Shown here: positions 62,669 through 64,000 of the stretch, piece by piece
How the letters are laid out: each line of letters opens with the position of its first letter
How positions within the stretch are numbered: the stretch's first letter is position 1
NCBI GenBank assembly: GCA_965195285.1
Contig: CBDAFS010000011.1
Coordinates: 1 to 64,000, forward strand
Source: an uncultured Aminicenantes bacterium
Lineage (GTDB): Bacteria; Acidobacteriota; Aminicenantia; UBA2199
Direction: 5' to 3'
Length of the DNA stretch: 64,000 bases
Notes under the pieces: generated by a model
Database searches by the model: none
The model's input: the letters and a program-made list of their open reading frames with translations, nothing else
Told to the model about the DNA's origin: nothing
Program-made: the position numbers and the translations under genes

Positions 62669-64000
62669 TCCTCCAGACCTATGTCCCTCAGCATCTTTTT
62701 GATCCTGGGGTCCTTTAATAGCGGATCACATCGGCCCAGGCCATATCGGCTCAGGATGGTAATATCTCGATGCTCGATCGCCTTTTTGTACCATTTTATG
62801 GCTTTATCCATATCACCCAATTCGGCATAAATAATGGCTATGATACCGGGATAGATGGATGCCACTTCTAAAAGAGTGGTTTGTAATTCCTGAAAAAATT
62901 TTCTGGCTTGATTTATTTTTCCCTGCGAGATTAGAATCCGGAATTTCATATATTCAAAAAATTGGGGAATTTTTGATTGGGATGCCAGTTCCAGTACTTT
63001 ATCATAAGACTTTTCCTCCAGGTAAGCATTTATCAGGATTAAATTAGCCAGCTCCATATTTGGATTTATTAATAAAACCCTGTTTACCAATTTTATTGAT
63101 TCAGGGTATTTTTTTTCTGATAGATAGATGTTTGCCCTTACCAATTTGGTAATGAATGAAAGGGGATTCAGTTCCTCGGCCAGGTTGAGCTCTTTGTGGG
63201 CTAATTTAAACTTCCCTCGGATAAAATAGTGCTCGGCCAGCCACTGGTGGGCAGTGGCATAGTTGGGATTTAGGGAAATGGATTTTTTTAATGCTTGCTC
63301 AGCGCCGGTGAAATCCCAGGTCCAGTAGTTTTTTATTCCGCCAAGGGCTGCATGTGCCTCGGCCAGGTTTTTATCCAGTTTTAAGGCTTTAAGACAATAT
63401 ATTTCAGCTTTAGGGTAAACAATTTTTGATTCTCCAAAGTGCAAATCGCCTATCACCAGGTAGGTCAGAGCCAGGCCAGCATAACCCAGAGCATAATCAG
63501 GATCTAACTCCACTGCTTTTTCAAAATAAGAAATGGCCTTTTCAAGGTCCTGAGAGGTCCGTCTGTTCCAGTGGGATCTGCCCTGCAGGTATAATTTATA
63601 TGCTTCTATATTTTCGGTGGGTTTTTGATAAATTCTTTTGCTGGTGGTCGGCAGAAGTTTTACTCTCAGAGTTTTGGCAATCTGGTTGGCCACATCACTC
63701 TGGATGTCGAAGATATCTTTCATCTCTCTGTCATAGGTTTCAGCCCAGAGATGGTCATCGGTCAGAGCATTGATCAATTGAGCGGTAATACGCACTTTCC
63801 CCTTGGTCTGGCGTACACTGCCCTCTAAAATCGTGGTGACACCCAGTTCATGGGCAATATCTTTTATCTTCTTTTCCTTATTTTTGAAATAAAAAACCGA
63901 AGTCCGGGAGGTCACTTTCAGGTCAGAGATTTTGGATAGCTGGGTAATGATATCTTCGGTAATGCCGTCACAAAAATACTCGTTTTGTTTGTCCTCACTC
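62665..64000 (-). CDS. TolB-like plus TPR C-terminal part of a second kinase-family paralogue (5'-truncated by window)
   Basis: Frame is open to the window edge: EYFCDGITEDIITQLSKISDLKVTSRTSV, LEGSVR, HLWAETYDR, TPRs, DPR C-terminus, paralleling 55832..58243. Confidence 0.88.
   Translation of the reverse strand, partial: SEDKQNEYFCDGITEDIITQLSKISDLKVTSRTSVFYFKNKEKKIKDIAHELGVTTILEGSVRQTKGKVRITAQLINALTDDHLWAETYDREMKDIFDIQSDVANQIAKTLRVKLLPTTSKRIYQKPTENIEAYKLYLQGRSHWNRRTSQDLEKAISYFEKAVELDPDYALGYAGLALTYLVIGDLHFGESKIVYPKAEIYCLKALKLDKNLAEAHAALGGIKNYWTWDFTGAEQALKKSISLNPNYATAHQWLAEHYFIRGKFKLAHKELNLAEELNPLSFITKLVRANIYLSEKKYPESIKLVNRVLLINPNMELANLILINAYLEEKSYDKVLELASQSKIPQFFEYMKFRILISQGKINQARKFFQELQTTLLEVASIYPGIIAIIYAELGDMDKAIKWYKKAIEHRDITILSRYGLGRCDPLLKDPRIKKMLRDIGLEE

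Overview
This is a bacterial chromosomal window of roughly 40-45% GC (by eye) using the standard genetic code. It is most likely from an Acidobacteriota lineage such as Ca. Aminicenantes; this is an inference from the RpoB inserts, the long LptC/LptA fusion and the kinase-TolB-like-TPR and VWA gene families. It carries the tuf-rpmG-tRNA(Trp)-secE-nusG-rplKAJL-rpoBC cluster, folE, nadC/nadB, groESL, RNase P RNA, an NtrX-like regulator, dksA, an envelope block (lptC/A fusion, lepB, gmd, ispH, bamA-skp-fabZ-lpxA-gnnA, uxs) and many hydrolases and transporters. I saw no CRISPR array, transposase or phage gene. The most striking signal is GTAG-type REP-like palindromes inserted in frame inside a Ser/Thr kinase gene. 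One is a 50-nt tail-to-tail doublet (REPIN-like) in the kinase-insert loop and the other is a decayed single REP in the activation loop, which suggests mobile-palindrome-driven remodelling of protein loops. Other oddities: rnpB and its putative promoter overlap the 3' end of a protein gene; a GH114 gene begins with a kinase-type N-terminus; FolE has an altered GTP-binding motif; a CrtI-like enzyme has a Tat signal; several promoters look leaderless; and CCGG is strongly enriched. All calls come from reading the sequence; no database search was run.
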